64,000 bases of DNA, taken from Camelus dromedarius (Eukaryota). The notes beneath the pieces were generated by a model that saw only the letters and a program-made list of their open reading frames with translations, did no database searches and was not told the origin of the DNA. Location of the stretch: contig NC_087455.1 in assembly GCF_036321535.1 (NCBI RefSeq), positions 7,254,001-7,318,000 of the forward strand, written 5' to 3'. Made by a program: the position numbers and the translations under genes. Below are positions 38,681-50,593 of the stretch, in pieces (the first letter of the stretch is position 1; each line of letters opens with the position of its first letter).

Positions 38681-39560
38681 GGAAAGGCCACACTCCCCGT
38701 TGGTCTGGTCCTGTTCAGAGATGGGAGGGTGCCCCTCTTCCAGGCTCCCCAGCCTCCAGTATATCTTCTGCAGAACCCTCAACACTTGGTGTTACAATGG
38801 CTCACGGACGTCTCCCGGGCCTGGCCCTGTTTCTGACTTAGACAGCCATCTTGGGGCCACACAGAAAGCCCGCCAGGCTGGGGGAGGACTCCACCCCTCT
38901 GTGCTGAGCCCGTGATCCTTCCCAGCCCCTAGTGTCTCTGACCCTCTGTGTCCCACCGCTAGGATGGCCACAGAGATCCCTGGCCACTTGTGACCACCAA
39001 GGTGGACCAAGTACAGGAGGGGAGGTGCTGGGCACCTGGGGAGCCGGAGCGCAGCTGGACTGTCAGCTCTCATGCGGGAGCCCCGGGCCCGAGGGCCCAC
39101 GAAGGCCTTCCAACAGCAGCAGCCAGGCCCCCATTTGCAGCCGAGGCCACCGAGGCTGACAAGGCCAGGCTCCTACTCCTGCCTTGAGACAAGGGTGCTT
39201 CTCTTACCAGTGTCTCTCCCTGACCAGAACACCTGCCTTCTCGCTGCCTTCCTCCCAGTTCCCTGGAAATGCAGACTCCCTCGCTATGGTTGACTCATCT
39301 GCCCTCCGCAGTCGGGGAGGAAGGGGAAAAGGAAGAAGTAGGGAAACCGAAGTTAACTGGACACCCACAGAGAGGAGCACGGGGGGGTTTCGACGTCATG
39401 AGAGCCAACTGCCACCACCTCCCTCACACGCTTCCCTCGCCTCCCCTCCTGCCCCCGCCGTCCTGGCACCTGTGGAGCACCCCCTGCCCAGCCTGGGCCG
39501 AGGAAGAGATAAACACCACGCCCACCACCCAGGGAGCCCCTCCAGGGCGTCTCCACTCAC

Positions 39561-39761
39561 TCTCACACGCCGGCTGGCTCCCGGCCACGCGGGTCCCGGG
39601 GACCTCCTCTCCGCTGCCCAGGACACACCAGCAGCTGCCCTGGCCTGGGTCACACTGCACGGGTGAGAAGCCTCCATCTTCTGCCCTACAGGCCGGGGTG
39701 TAGCCTGGGCCGGCTCTCCTGGAGGGGACTCCACTCTGGAGCACTTCACAGAGGCTCGGGC
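39561..39761 (-). CDS. TG: TG exon 16 (201 nt) CPSLCEVLQSG...CWCVLGSGEEVPGTRVAGSQPACE
   Basis: gcttcaag|GCCCGAGC...GTGTGAGA|gtgagt. Confidence 0.98.
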
Positions 39762-39935
39762 CTTGAAGCAAAGACAAGCCAGATGTGCTTGTGGCCCACA
39801 AGCTGCCCAGCCCTTGTCGCCACCCGCCACCCACTGTCACCTGCCTGCAGGGCCCCCAGGATCTGGGGCTGCCTCCCCACTGGGGTGTTGAGCTAGAACA
39901 GGGCAAAGCCTGGGCCTCACCCCCACCCTCTCCAT

Positions 39936-39965
39936 GCACACACACACACACACACACGCACACAC
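39936..39965. repeat. (CA)n microsatellite in intron 15
   Basis: gcacacacacacacacacacacgcacacac. Confidence 0.92.
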
Positions 39966-40553
39966 TGCCTGCCCTCGGGTCAGCAAGTAAGTGAGCAGCT
40001 ATAGCTCATAAGGGATCCTGGAGTTGACATGAAGAAACAGGAGGAGCCACAGAAGGTACAGAAAAGACAGACAGGGCCCCATGCGCCACAGCAAGGAGCC
40101 CGGGCCTGGCGCTGGGAACCACGGGGAGTGTTCCTGGTTTTCAGGCAACAGAGGGACATCAGCACTTTCGCCCTTTAGGGACGTCATCTTGATTTCACGG
40201 TGGAAACCAAGTTGCAGGGCCAGGCTGGAGGCCAAGGGACCAAGCAGGGGCCTGTTGTGGCACCAGTGTCGTATCGCTGGTCCCCCACAAAGGCACCTGT
40301 GCCCCCTTTAACAGGGACCAGCACTGGTTTGAGCCTCTTGCTTACAAAGCACAGCGCCCCTCCCTGCCGTGTGTGTTTCTACCGAGAACCCACGTTGGTG
40401 GAGGAATAGTGTCGCTATTTCATAGATGAGAAAACTAAGGCACAGTGAGGTCAGAGGCGTCCACAGCTCTGGAAGAGACAGAGCTGAGCCGTGAAGCCAG
40501 CTCTTGGGACTCCACGCCCAGCGCTCGTGGGAGGGGTAGGAGGTGATACTCAC

Positions 40554-40656
40554 ACTGGGCACTGCTGTTCGTGCCAGGCGGCATGCTCTGTCCCGAGACC
40601 GGGTCCACACACCAGACGCCGCCCTGCGACGCCTGCAGCCTGGCAAACTCTCCTGT
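40554..40656 (-). CDS. TG: TG exon 15 (103 nt) TGEFARLQASQGGVWCVDPVSGQSMPPGTNSSAQ
   Basis: tctcag|ACAGGAGA...GCCCAGT|gtgagt. Confidence 0.97.
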
Positions 40657-40742
40657 CTGAGACAAAGCCGAGGTCATGTCACCCAGGGAAGATGCTTTTG
40701 TGGCTGGTAGGTCAGTAACCAGATGCCAAGAATATTCCTTCC

Positions 40743-40835
40743 TTGTGTAACTGAAAAATCATGCTCTACACTGGAATTTGACACAACATTGTAAAATGAC
40801 TGTAACTCGATTAAAAAATGGTAACAACAACAACA
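40743..40835 (+). mobile_element. Extremely 5'-truncated L1 (93 bp) with 15-bp TSD
   Basis: aatttgacacaacattgtaaaatgactgtaactcgattaaaaaa is an L1 terminus; TSD aagaatattc(c/t)ttcc at 40728-40742 and 40836-40850. Confidence 0.85.
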
Positions 40836-40944
40836 AAGAATATTCTTTCCAGAACTTCTGGGGATGGCTTCTCTAAATGGAGGGGCTGGTGTGGGGAGGT
40901 GGAGTCCTGTTCCAGACCCTCTACAGACACTGTTTGAATTGACG

Positions 40945-41060
40945 GTTATAACAACCCCATGAGATAAGAACCACAGTTATCCCATTTTAGGGTGGGAGAA
41001 ACTGAGGCTCGCTCAGAGAGGGAAAGCGACAGAGCAACACCCCGTAGGTGGGGAACGGCA
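40945..41060 (-). mobile_element. MIR core
   Basis: acaaccccatgagataag...atcccatttt...gaaactgaggctcgctcagagagggaaagcgac. Confidence 0.7.
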
Positions 41061-42770
41061 GACCCTGGCTGGGCTACACCCGTCCAGACCCAAAGCCCAG
41101 CCAGTCTCTCAAAACAAGCCCCCCAGCTCCAGCAATGACCTTCCACAAGCACCCGCCGGAGAAAGGGAGTCTGTGACACCTGCAACAGGGAATGAAGAAA
41201 ACAGGACACGGCAGGAGCCCAGGCCCCACGTCTGGCCAGGGTCCGTCTCACCCTGGCCCGTCCCAGGGCCGCCGCCAGACACCGGGCCAGCCCTCAACCC
41301 TCTGGGCCTCGTCCCCCGTCTTGGAAAAGGAGGCGAGACTAGATGGATCCTTGAGCACCGCTCTCGGCTCTCCCAAGCATAGAAAATGTCACCTTCCTAC
41401 GTCTGTAACAGAAAAGCATGCGGACGAGCGGGTGTCCTGCAGAGAAGCAGCTCCTCCAAGCACCCTGACCATCACTGAGGGTTTTCTTGAGCTTCTGTTG
41501 GCCGTTTGTGCATCTTATACTCTGCCGTGCCTTGTTCACAGACAAGAAATGACTATCACAACACCACCTGCCATTTACAGAGAACACAGCCAGGAAGCCC
41601 ACCCTGAGCGAGTCACCCCCCACTACCCGGGGTCAGTCAGTCCCTGGAAGGGAGGAAGTCTATTGTTCCCATTCCGAGAGGCCCAGAGGAATCAGGTGAC
41701 GTGCCCCTGGTTGCACGGCTTTAAGCTACGCAGGTAAGATTCAACCCCAGCCACGATTTGAGAAAATATGGGAGAAAGACTTGAAGTTGAGAACATTCTA
41801 GCCACTAACACGGCTTTTCTTGGGGAATTGGGTCAAAGGCACAGCCATCCAGTGTGGCCAGTGGAAGTCTTGGTCCTGTTTCCTGGCATCTGGGTCCTCC
41901 AGGAGCCAGGCTGGGAAACCACATAATCAGAGGTTCTGAATCACTTTTCCCTCCTTCGGAGCCATGGTTTCTACCTGCTCTTCTCCACAGGTGAACATCA
42001 CCCCTCAGGAAGATGGCACAGACTTTCAGTCTGGTGGTAGGGGTTGTCAGCCAAAATGAATGACTAATCCATTCAAAATAGGCTAATTTCTCTACAAAAC
42101 TCAGTAGTAATTGGGGGTCCATGTTCACAGCAACAAACGATAATAATAATAAGGAACAGTAATCAGAAAACTTGTGCTCAGTAATCTGCAGCTCCACTAA
42201 CCTCTACGTTGCTGACTTCATCTGCCTTTCCTAGAGGCCCAGGGAGCCCAGCAGAGCAGAAGGCAGCATTTATATCATCCCTGCTTTAGGGAGAGGGGAT
42301 TGGGGCACACAAATTTCCACCACTTGGCACATAAGCGGTTGATTCCAGCAAGAATCCTTCCTCCAAGAGCTTTCACATCAGTCACTGCACTAAATTACTA
42401 CAACCACCCAGGGAGCGGGGGAGGGAAATATTATGATTGATGTTGAGAAACCAAGATATGATGTCCAGGTGACTTCAGGAATAATATCTGTGTAGATTAT
42501 TTTTCAAAGCATTTTCATGAAAGATATTTCCTTGGGGCCTCAAAGCAAAATAATGCTAGCACTAGGGAAGATAAAATGTGGCCTGATCTTAGGATAATAC
42601 AAAGCACAGAGAAGGTAAGTACATTGCCCAAGGTCACACAGCCAGGGTCAGCCAGGGCTAAGACAAAAACCCAGGCCTAGAACTCCCTGTGAGCTTTCAA
42701 ATAAAACAGATCATCAGCCAGGAGGTTCTGGCTTTCCTCCTTGAAACTTCCTAAGCTTTCAGAGCCTTAC

Positions 42771-42883
42771 CTCTAAGCAGGCTGGGATGAACAGGTCTTC
42801 TGGAGATGGTTTTACTTGGGAGCCAGCCTGTTTCCAACTGGAAAGCAGCCCACTGGCTCGAGATTTCTCACAGGTGGTAGGGC
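42771..42883 (-). CDS. TG: TG exon 14 (113 nt) CPTTCEKSRASGLLSSWKQAGSQVKPSPEDLFIPACLE
   Basis: cctgacag|GCCCTACC...TTAGAG|gtaagg. Confidence 0.97.
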
Positions 42884-43415
42884 CTGTCAGGGAGGAAGAG
42901 GAGCTCTTAACAGACTGGCTGTGGGCACCCAGGGAGGGCGGGGAGCCCAGGTTGGCCCCAAGTGTCAGAGGCATCCATCTGGAGGATGGAGGTGCCCTGC
43001 ACAGAGAGCTGGAACCTCAGCAAAGAAGCAGGGTGAGATTCAGAGACAAAGACCCACGTGGGACATGTCATTTCTGAAATATAAAATGAGCGCTTGGCTA
43101 CATGGTTCCAGACTCAGGAGAGAGGCTGGACCATAGGACAGGTATGAGAAGGCTGTTGAAACCACAGAAGTGGATGAACTGTCCAGGGAGCAGGTGCATA
43201 GCAGGGACCCGGGGCTCCTTCCCCACCCCAAGCTTCTTCTCTCCACCTGGGAAGGTCCAAGGTCAGGGAAAGTCGTCCAGGCCTGGGGACTTGGGGACAT
43301 GATCTGGCTGCACTTGGGGGCTGGTCTGAGGGGCTGGTCCCAAGGGCCTCCCCAGAGCCTCCCCAGAGCCTCCCCAGGCCGGGTCGGGTGAGAGGGCCTC
43401 GCAGGCTTCACTCAC

Positions 43416-43493
43416 ATTGAGGGGCCTGGGGGGAACGGGCAGTCAGCGAGCCAGGCACGTACTCTCCCTTCCCGTCCACACACCAGCAGTGCC
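43416..43493 (-). CDS. TG: TG exon 13 (78 nt) GHCWCVDGKGEYVPGSLTARSPQAPQ
   Basis: tttccag|GGCACTGC...CCTCAAT|gtgagt; read manually. Confidence 0.97.
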
Positions 43494-43907
43494 CTGGAAA
43501 AGAGCCGTGGCCACAAGTTCCAGAAGCGCGCCCAGGGGCTTACCCCAAGTGTCCTGCAAACAACTTTCCCTCTTTACATTTATGGCATTGTTAGCAAGGT
43601 CCCTTGTCCACCCCATCCCTGTGTGTCTGCCCTCCCCAACACTGTCCTTACTGTCCACAATCATAGCTCTTAGCGTCCAGATCCCCCTCAGCAACCACCC
43701 TCTTAACCTTCAGGCTGGGAGAAGGTCACTGCTCCCATTGTACAGATGGGACAACCAAAGGCCAGAGAAACTACTAAGGGAACTGCCACCAGCTGCCTGA
43801 GAGGGGCCTAGAATCCAGCTCCCTTGCCCCCCTGGTGCCAGGCTCTTTCCTCTAAATGAAAAGGAGGGGTGTCACTCGGCCTCCCCGGGGCTCCCGTCCT
43901 CCCTTAC

Positions 43908-44045
43908 CAGTCCAGGCGTGGCACTGCACCGGCTCCCAACTTCCGAACTCATCACACTGGGGCACATAGGGCCCGTTCGGCAGAAGGGCGGATGCTCGTG
44001 GGGAGTCACCCAGGGGAAAGCGGCGTCTCTGGTAGAAGTCCAAGG
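43908..44045 (-). CDS. TG: TG exon 12 (138 nt) TLDFYQRRRFPLGDSPRASALLPNGPYVPQCDEFGSWEPVQCHAWT
   Basis: ctccag|CCTTGGAC...TGGACTG|gtaagg. Confidence 0.97.
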
Positions 44046-44319
44046 CTGGAGTCGGGAGACAGGAGCAGGGATGTGAGCGCCTGACTGGCAAAGCCCACCA
44101 ACATAGACGTCCTTTCTATTTAAAACAAACGTTTCCACCCAAAATAGGACAGAGATTCCTTGAACAGTGGGTAGGCCCTCACCAGATTGTCCTTTAAAAA
44201 TAAAAATGTAGGCTGAAGTTTGAAGGAATCATTGTTCCTCCTTTAGAAACTTCCATCTAGACTTGGTTAGGAAAACTAAAGTGTCTTCAGGAACCTGGGA
44301 CACCAGGGATAGTTGACAA

Positions 44320-44480
44320 CATTTATTGTATATTTACTATGTGCCAGGCCTGACCTAAACACAGGTTCTAATTAACTGAATCTTCACAACAACCCTCTAA
44401 GAGAGATAATATGATCCCACTGAATGGATGAGAAAATTCAGGCAGCAGCGGATTAAGCCGCTTGCTCCCAGCTCAGAAGT
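44320..44480 (-). mobile_element. MIR
   Basis: tactatgtgccaggc...aatcttcacaacaaccctctaag...gatgagaaaattcaggc. Confidence 0.8.
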
Positions 44481-44689
44481 GGAGGGACCGGTCAGTGGAG
44501 ACCACTCCCTTGCCTTCCGTGCCCACCTCTTACAGCTTCGTTCTTTACCCCTTCGAAGCTTTGCTCGTCATGGAATCCCATCTGATCTGAATTTTCACCC
44601 TCAGCTGAGGAAACAGATGCAGGTGGCCACCTTGCTGGTCAGACTGCTCCCCATCCTCAGCTCTCGCGTCCCCCTGCCCTGCCCGCCTT

Positions 44690-44880
44690 TTCCTCACAGC
44701 CGTCTCCACGCTGACATACTAGATTTTGTACTTATGTTTTTAGGTTTGTGTCTTCCATCTAGCACTTAAGTCCTTTGGTGCAGGGACGTGTGTTCTTTTG
44801 TACCTAGAGTAGCGCCTGCCTCCTAGTAGGCTCTCAGGACATATTTATTGAGTGGAAGGAACAAAAGAAGAAGAAATGCA
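44690..44880 (+). mobile_element. L2 3' tail
   Basis: gcagggacgtgtgttcttttgtacc...gcgcctgcctcctagtaggctctcaggacatatttattgagtggaagga. Confidence 0.65.
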
Positions 44881-45244
44881 TGCAGAAGGCGGGGAGAGGG
44901 TTGCGGCCAGTCGGGCTGGACCCCGCTCGCCCTCCCCAGTCTGACTTGCCCCCTGCGCCATCCTCTAGGTGGCCATGGACTCTTGAAGGCTTTTCTCCAG
45001 GTCTTCCTCCAACCTCCTCTCCAGGCTGGCCAGTGGTTGGAGGGTTGTGGTGGGGGTACAGCCTAAGCGTCCCCCCAGGGGTCCCCGGGGGAGAACGGCT
45101 GCATCTGGGGCAGCCCGGTTGCACTAGGAGCGGGTCTCCCAACTCGCCCCCTTCCAGAGTCGGGCTTCATGGGTCCCAGAGGCGAGAGGACAGGACACCA
45201 ACCCGCAGTCAGAAGCCCTGTGAGGAGACTTGGACCCCTGCAGA

Positions 45245-45430
45245 GTGGCCTGTGCAGTGGACAGGGCTCAGGAGTCTGAACCCTGGTCTGAGGGCTTCTT
45301 AGCTGTGTGACCAGGATCACGGTACCCAGCCTCTCTGAGCCTGTTTCCCCATCTATGAAATGGGCCTACTACTTACCTGATAGGGTACGTGTGATATTTA
45401 CATCAAAAGCTCTGAAGCCCCAAGCTCCCC
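45245..45430 (+). mobile_element. MIR
   Basis: agctgtgtgacc...ctctctgagcctgtttccccatctatgaaatggg. Confidence 0.75.
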
Positions 45431-46529
45431 CCAGGCACGGCCCTTCCTCCTGCGCCCCTCCCTCACCCCCGCTAGGCCCTGGGACACTGCTGCCGTGTTC
45501 TGATGGACAAAAACGATTTGAGACCCTCAGTCTCTTTTTGTGCTGGGTCTTTGATCCCTGGGCCTTCCAGGACCTGGAAGTCTGCCCACGAAGAGCTGCC
45601 TCTCCCCTGTCACAGTGGAGACACCTCTTCTCGTCTAGAGGGATTCCAAGAAAAATGAGCAACCCTGGTCCTTCTCCATAGACACTTCCTTTTTTTTCCC
45701 AGTGGCCTCAGACATGCAAATCCAAGCCTGTGGCCAGATGGAGGGGAACCTCCTCAGCCTGGCTTCTGAGGAAAATGTCATCACAACTCAAGGGAATCAG
45801 CCCCTCCCCCTCTCTTTGGCTACATCATACCCTGCCCACGTGCAACATTGAAAACAACTGGTTTCTTGCCAAAAGCAGACTCTCCAAGTCCCCGAGGAAT
45901 AGAGAAAAGAGGTGCCTGGGTGAGAGGGAAGGGAAGGAGAGAGAAGAGAGAGAAAGGGGAGGAAAGAAGCCAGAAGGATGTTTAAGCTACATTTCCTGGG
46001 CTCCCACCATCTGTTGGGCACTATGCCAGCCCCAGGATAGAAAGATGAATAAGACGGGGTGCTTTGTCCTCCCGAAGAGACAGCCAGCAAGTGGGAGAGG
46101 CCGGAAACAAGGGTGGCGCTGGGGGATTCGCTTACTTGGGGTTAGGAGAGCAAAGACAAGCGAACCTGAACCCCAAGGCGGCGCAGACACACCAGGACCG
46201 TGAACGCAGGGAGGCTCCGGCCCGTGGGAGTGGGTGCTCTGTCTTGGTACAGACGTTGTCGGGGAGCACTGCTTGGCTGTTTTGTGACTCAAGCCCAGAG
46301 AAGCCCAGACAGAATTAGCTGAGATTGTTTGACACAGGGTGGGGAGCTCGGGTACGCTCAGAGAGAGATGAATCGCCTGTCCCTGCCGGGTCGGTGTGGG
46401 GTCAGTGAGAGGACTGGGAGGGGCAGGGGGCCCTGCTGCTGGTGGTGGAGGAAGAGCGGGGGCTCGGGGGTGAGACGGATCTAGGCTCGGAGCCCAGCCG
46501 CACCAGGGAGCAGTGGCGCGGGGGACAGA

Positions 46530-46720
46530 GGCTTGCGCGCCAAACACCAGCATCACATCCAGCCTCTGCTAGTTATTACCTGGGTGAACCTGGGCGGGTG
46601 ACTGAACTTAGTTTCCACGTTTGAAAAGAATCACAGGTGGTGATTTAGCCTTGTTCTCATGGAACAGTTGGAGGATCAAATGCAGAGATCTGGTAATCTA
46701 CTTAGCGCAGTAGATCCCTG
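46530..46720 (+). mobile_element. MIR
   Basis: ccagcctctgctagttatt...aacctgggcgggtgactgaacttagtttcc...gttggaggatcaaatg. Confidence 0.6.
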
Positions 46721-47313
46721 GCCAGGGGTACATTTCAAGTAATGTTGGGTTGTTCCTAGGCCAGAGCAGCGTCAGGGCTCAGAGGACATTTCTCTGTCAT
46801 TTGCAGGTAACAAGGCATGCTTTTGGGGTTGCCATCAGGATTCAATGTGAGCACGGGAGGAAGGTGCTTAAGGGTTCCTTTCCTTTCCCCTGTGGGGGGA
46901 GTCCTTGAATCCTTGGAAATGGAGAACAGCTTCAGAACTGGCTATGGGGGCGTATGAACATTTGGGGCTCACACATTTTAACATTTTAACAAGAGCCCCT
47001 CACACTTTAACGAGAACACTTGGCTTCGCGGTGGGCTGCAGGCACCATCTGCAATACAAAGTGTAGAGCCCTGCCCACCCGCCCCCCGCCACCAACAGCG
47101 GCTCTGCTGAAGGATGTGGGAGCATCTTGAGAAGTGGGCAGCATTTCAGCTTTGGATGGGATCACAAAAATGATTTTGATTTTGCCTTTTCTTTCCCAGG
47201 AACCCACAGGCCCGGGGAAACGAAAGTCCTAAAGATGACCAAAGAGGAACTGATTCAAGCTCTTGCTTCCCCCAAAGAGATGGAACAAGAAACCGGAAAT
47301 GTGTGGCACTCAC

Positions 47314-47553
47314 TAGACTGAGCTGCCAATCGAATGGCATAATCGCTCCCACTCAGAAACTTCTCCAAGAGTGTCTCCCGGGATGGGGGCAGCGGAGGAA
47401 GGGCGAGCTCCTCCTTGGTCAGCCTGATCCCTTTGGCAGCGAGGAAACTCTCTCCCAGAGGGAACTGAGAACTGCTGGAATCCAGGACAATCTCTTCTGT
47501 TTCCTTAATGAACTGCAGGACACGGAGCTTCACTTCCTCACAAAAGCCAGGAC
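47314..47553 (-). CDS. TG: TG exon 11 (240 nt) CPGFCEEVKLRVLQFIKETEE...GSDYAIRLAAQS
   Basis: cccccag|GTCCTGGC...CAGTCTA|gtgagt. Confidence 0.98.
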
Positions 47554-47634
47554 CTGGGGGAGTAAAGACATCACAGGTGGGTTCACCCACCACGAGTGGC
47601 TCCTAGCTCCCTGTGACCCCCTTTGAAGTATGCA

Positions 47635-47680
47635 CGTGCGTGCACACACACACACACACACGCGTGCAGACACACACACA
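47635..47680. repeat. (CA)n microsatellite in intron 10
   Basis: cgtgcgtgcacacacacacacacacacgcgtgcagacacacacaca. Confidence 0.92.
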
Positions 47681-48035
47681 ATTTCTGCCTCAGCTGTTTC
47701 CTTCTCCCTAGCTCTTTCTGCAACCTGGAATGTTCTTTCTATTTTATCTCCACCATTGCTTTCACTCAACATTTATGTAGTCCTGACTGTGTGAGAAGAT
47801 TAGTAGTAGCCAGTGCGTATTCCACACCAGGCGCTGTACTATAACAATCTAATTTCATTTATGCAACAGCCCAGTATGATAGTATTCTTATCCGTGCCTT
47901 ACAGATAACCAGCTGAGTCATGGAGAAGGCGTGCAACTTAAACCAGCCCCTAGCAGGCACGAGCTGCTTCAGAGCTCCAGTCAATCCGCGTGACTTTAGG
48001 ACCAGCCGTCCTGACCCACAGCCTCACGTGGAAGG

Positions 48036-48382
48036 AAGGACTTGTAGGGCATTATGCTCAGCGAAGTAAGTCAGACAGAGAAAGACAGATACTATAGGAC
48101 ATCACCTACATGTGGAATCCAAAAAACACAACACACTAGGGAATATAACAAAAAAAATAAGAAGCAGACTCATTGATATAGAGAACAAACTAGTGGTTGC
48201 CAGTAGTGAGGGGAGGGTGATATAGGAGTTCGGGGTGGGGTACAAACCAGAGGGTGTAAGACAGGCTACAGGGATGTGCTGTACAACACAGGGAACAGAG
48301 CCAATGTTTTGTCGTAACTGTAGTAACCTTTATAAATTGTAAAACATTTTTTAAAAGAAAAAAATTAAAATAAAAAAAAATC
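48036..48382 (+). mobile_element. L1 3'-UTR fragment with A-rich tail
   Basis: gggcattatgctcagcgaagtaagtcagacagagaaagac...agagaacaaactagtggttgccag...tacaacacagggaacagagccaat...aataaaaaaaaa. Confidence 0.88.
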
Positions 48383-48449
48383 TGATTAATTTTCACAGTA
48401 TCCAGAAAGGTCTGGACAACATTGAACATGGCAAAGAATGAACTGAGAG

Positions 48450-48524
48450 ATTTTGTTGGACTTAAATATTACAATATTACCTGTAATATTTTGTTGGACT
48501 TAAATATTACAATATTACCTGTAA
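48450..48524. repeat. Perfect tandem duplication, 38-bp unit x ~2
   Basis: attttgttggacttaaatattacaatattacctgtaat (48450-48487); the first 37 nt are repeated exactly at 48488-48524. Confidence 0.95.
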
Positions 48525-49112
48525 AATTAGCAATTGCTGGTCAGCGGGATTCTGATTGGGTAATACTAGTGTTGAATCTGTCTGGCTGTTCTTTCAAACC
48601 GCCTGCACGGCTATTTGGTAATAAGGCATTTTAGTTAAAGAGTCAGCCACATTCTGATTATGCCTCACACACCATAGCTTTCTTAGTTGTCCACCTGTCT
48701 CAAAGCTGAACATACAGATCTCCTCCAGCAGCTCTCCAATTAGTCCTTTAATTAAATCCCCTCAAGTAAATTAAAGGCTCTTCGAAGGCAGAAGCTCCTC
48801 CTTAGGTCCCACGCACCTCACAGTACACTTGTAAGTAGCAAAAGAATCAGTGTGCCTTGGTTAACCAAACAATGCATCTAATTTCTGAGTGGTTACTGGC
48901 ACCTTAGCCACGGAGGGCAAAGTCCAGGTCATATTCACTTTATAACCTTAATCCAGCTAAGATAATGCTTAGCACACAGAAAACATCCAGTTAAAATCTG
49001 AGGCATTGATTTAAATAATCAATTATATGAACGTTTAAAAATTAGCTACAGTAATTTTGCCAACACCTGACTGTGTCAGGTAGGGAAATCACCTTCCTTC
49101 TCTGTGCCTCAG

Positions 49113-49465
49113 TGTTAGGGACCGAATGTTTGTGTACTCCCCAGATTCATGTGTGGAAGCCCTAATCCCCAGTGTGATGGTATTTGGCGTTGGGACCTCT
49201 GGGAGGTAGCTGACTAGGTTTAGATGGGGTCGTGAGAGTGGGGTCCTCATGATGGAATTAGTGTCAATAAAAAGATGAAGAGACCGGAGCTCTTCCTCTC
49301 TCTGCCATGTGGAGACACAGCAAGAAGGTGGCCATCTAGCCCGGAAGACGGCTCTCACCAGGAATCAAACCTGCCAACACCTTGACCATCCAGCCTCTGG
49401 AACCATGAGAAATGAATCTGAATCTGTTGGTTAAGCCCCTCACCAGCCACCTGGGCTGAACAGCA
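49113..49465 (+). mobile_element. MLT1A-type MaLR solo LTR
   Basis: tgttagggaccgaatgtttgtgt...gaagccctaatccccagtgtgatggtatttgg...ccagcctctggaaccatgagaaat. Confidence 0.85.
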
Positions 49466-49585
49466 CACACTGAAGGGGTGTATCTGACCTTCTCTAAACT
49501 TGACTCCAGCTGTGGCACGCAGTGCGCTCCCACCAGACACCCGTTAAACAAAGCCACAAACTCGGTTCTTCGTGGTGTAACTCAC

Positions 49586-50173
49586 ATGCTGGGACCTTGC
49601 TGGGCTCGGTCTGGCTTCCTTCCAGTTTTTGACCAGCCTCATCCACACACCAGCAGCTCCGAAGGTCGAAGTGGGCGAGCGGAGCACTGAAGTCGGAGTA
49701 GGGGCCGGGGTATCGGCTGAGCTGGCCGTTCAGGAGCTGCCAGAAGAGGTATGGCTCCAGAAGGACGTTCCCCCCAGGCTGGGTCAGGTTCCCTTCCAAC
49801 ACCGCCAGTGGGACATCTTGGAGAGAAGAGTATCTTGCCAGCCCCGGGAAGATGGCTTGTTGGCCGGCCTCGTACAGACTTTGCACAAAGAGATGGAAGC
49901 TTCTGGAAGCTGCTTCTCTATAGCTCACAATCTTCATGAGCAGCTCCGCGAGGGTCAGCTCCTGGCCACCGTTGTTGTGAGCCTCCCATCGCTCATACCA
50001 CTCGAAGGCCTGCTCTGGGGGCCCATCGCATTGCACAGGTCTCCACCGCCCATTGGCACTGCACTGTGGAATGTAGATGCCAGAGGGGGTGGGCGGCACA
50101 CTGGGATTAGAGACCAGGGCCCGCACAGTCCCCAGGAAGGCCTGCTCAGCCTGTAACTGACAGAGTGTGGGGC
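49586..50173 (-). CDS. TG: TG exon 10 (588 nt) CPTLCQLQAEQAFL...CWCVDEAGQKLEGSQTEPSKVPA
   Basis: tccccag|GCCCCACA...CCCAGCAT|gtgagt; ORF 49494..50192. Confidence 0.98.
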
Positions 50174-50593
50174 CTGGGGAGGAACAAAACACAGGGACAT
50201 CAGGTTAAGAAGGTTAATAAGCCCCAAAGACCAAAGCGGAAGCCCTAAGCTGTCTAAACTCCATCTAAAACCTCATGCAGTCATAGAAACCCCATCAACC
50301 TTAAATGTGTGAAAATCTCTAGAGAAGAGCAGCCTTATCACAAAATCGACAGGGTTGAGGCCAGCTGTTGCCAGCACTACAGAGACATAAGTGGCAGTTC
50401 CTAAAGGCCAAAGAAATCTCTCTGTTCACTCATCAGAGTGGTTAACATTATCAAGACCTTTCTGGACAACTGTTGCATCAGCTAGCAAATTACGCTATTA
50501 ACAGAAGCTTGGGCTTTAGCTACGACAGTGATGTGCTGTTTCGGCGCCCCAGGGGGAAATCATAGTCTGTGACTGAATCCCCAACAGACTTAC

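Noticed and set aside
41192-41737. 181-aa plus-strand ORF
   Set aside because: It is GC-rich intronic sequence overlapping a MIR, with no domain features.
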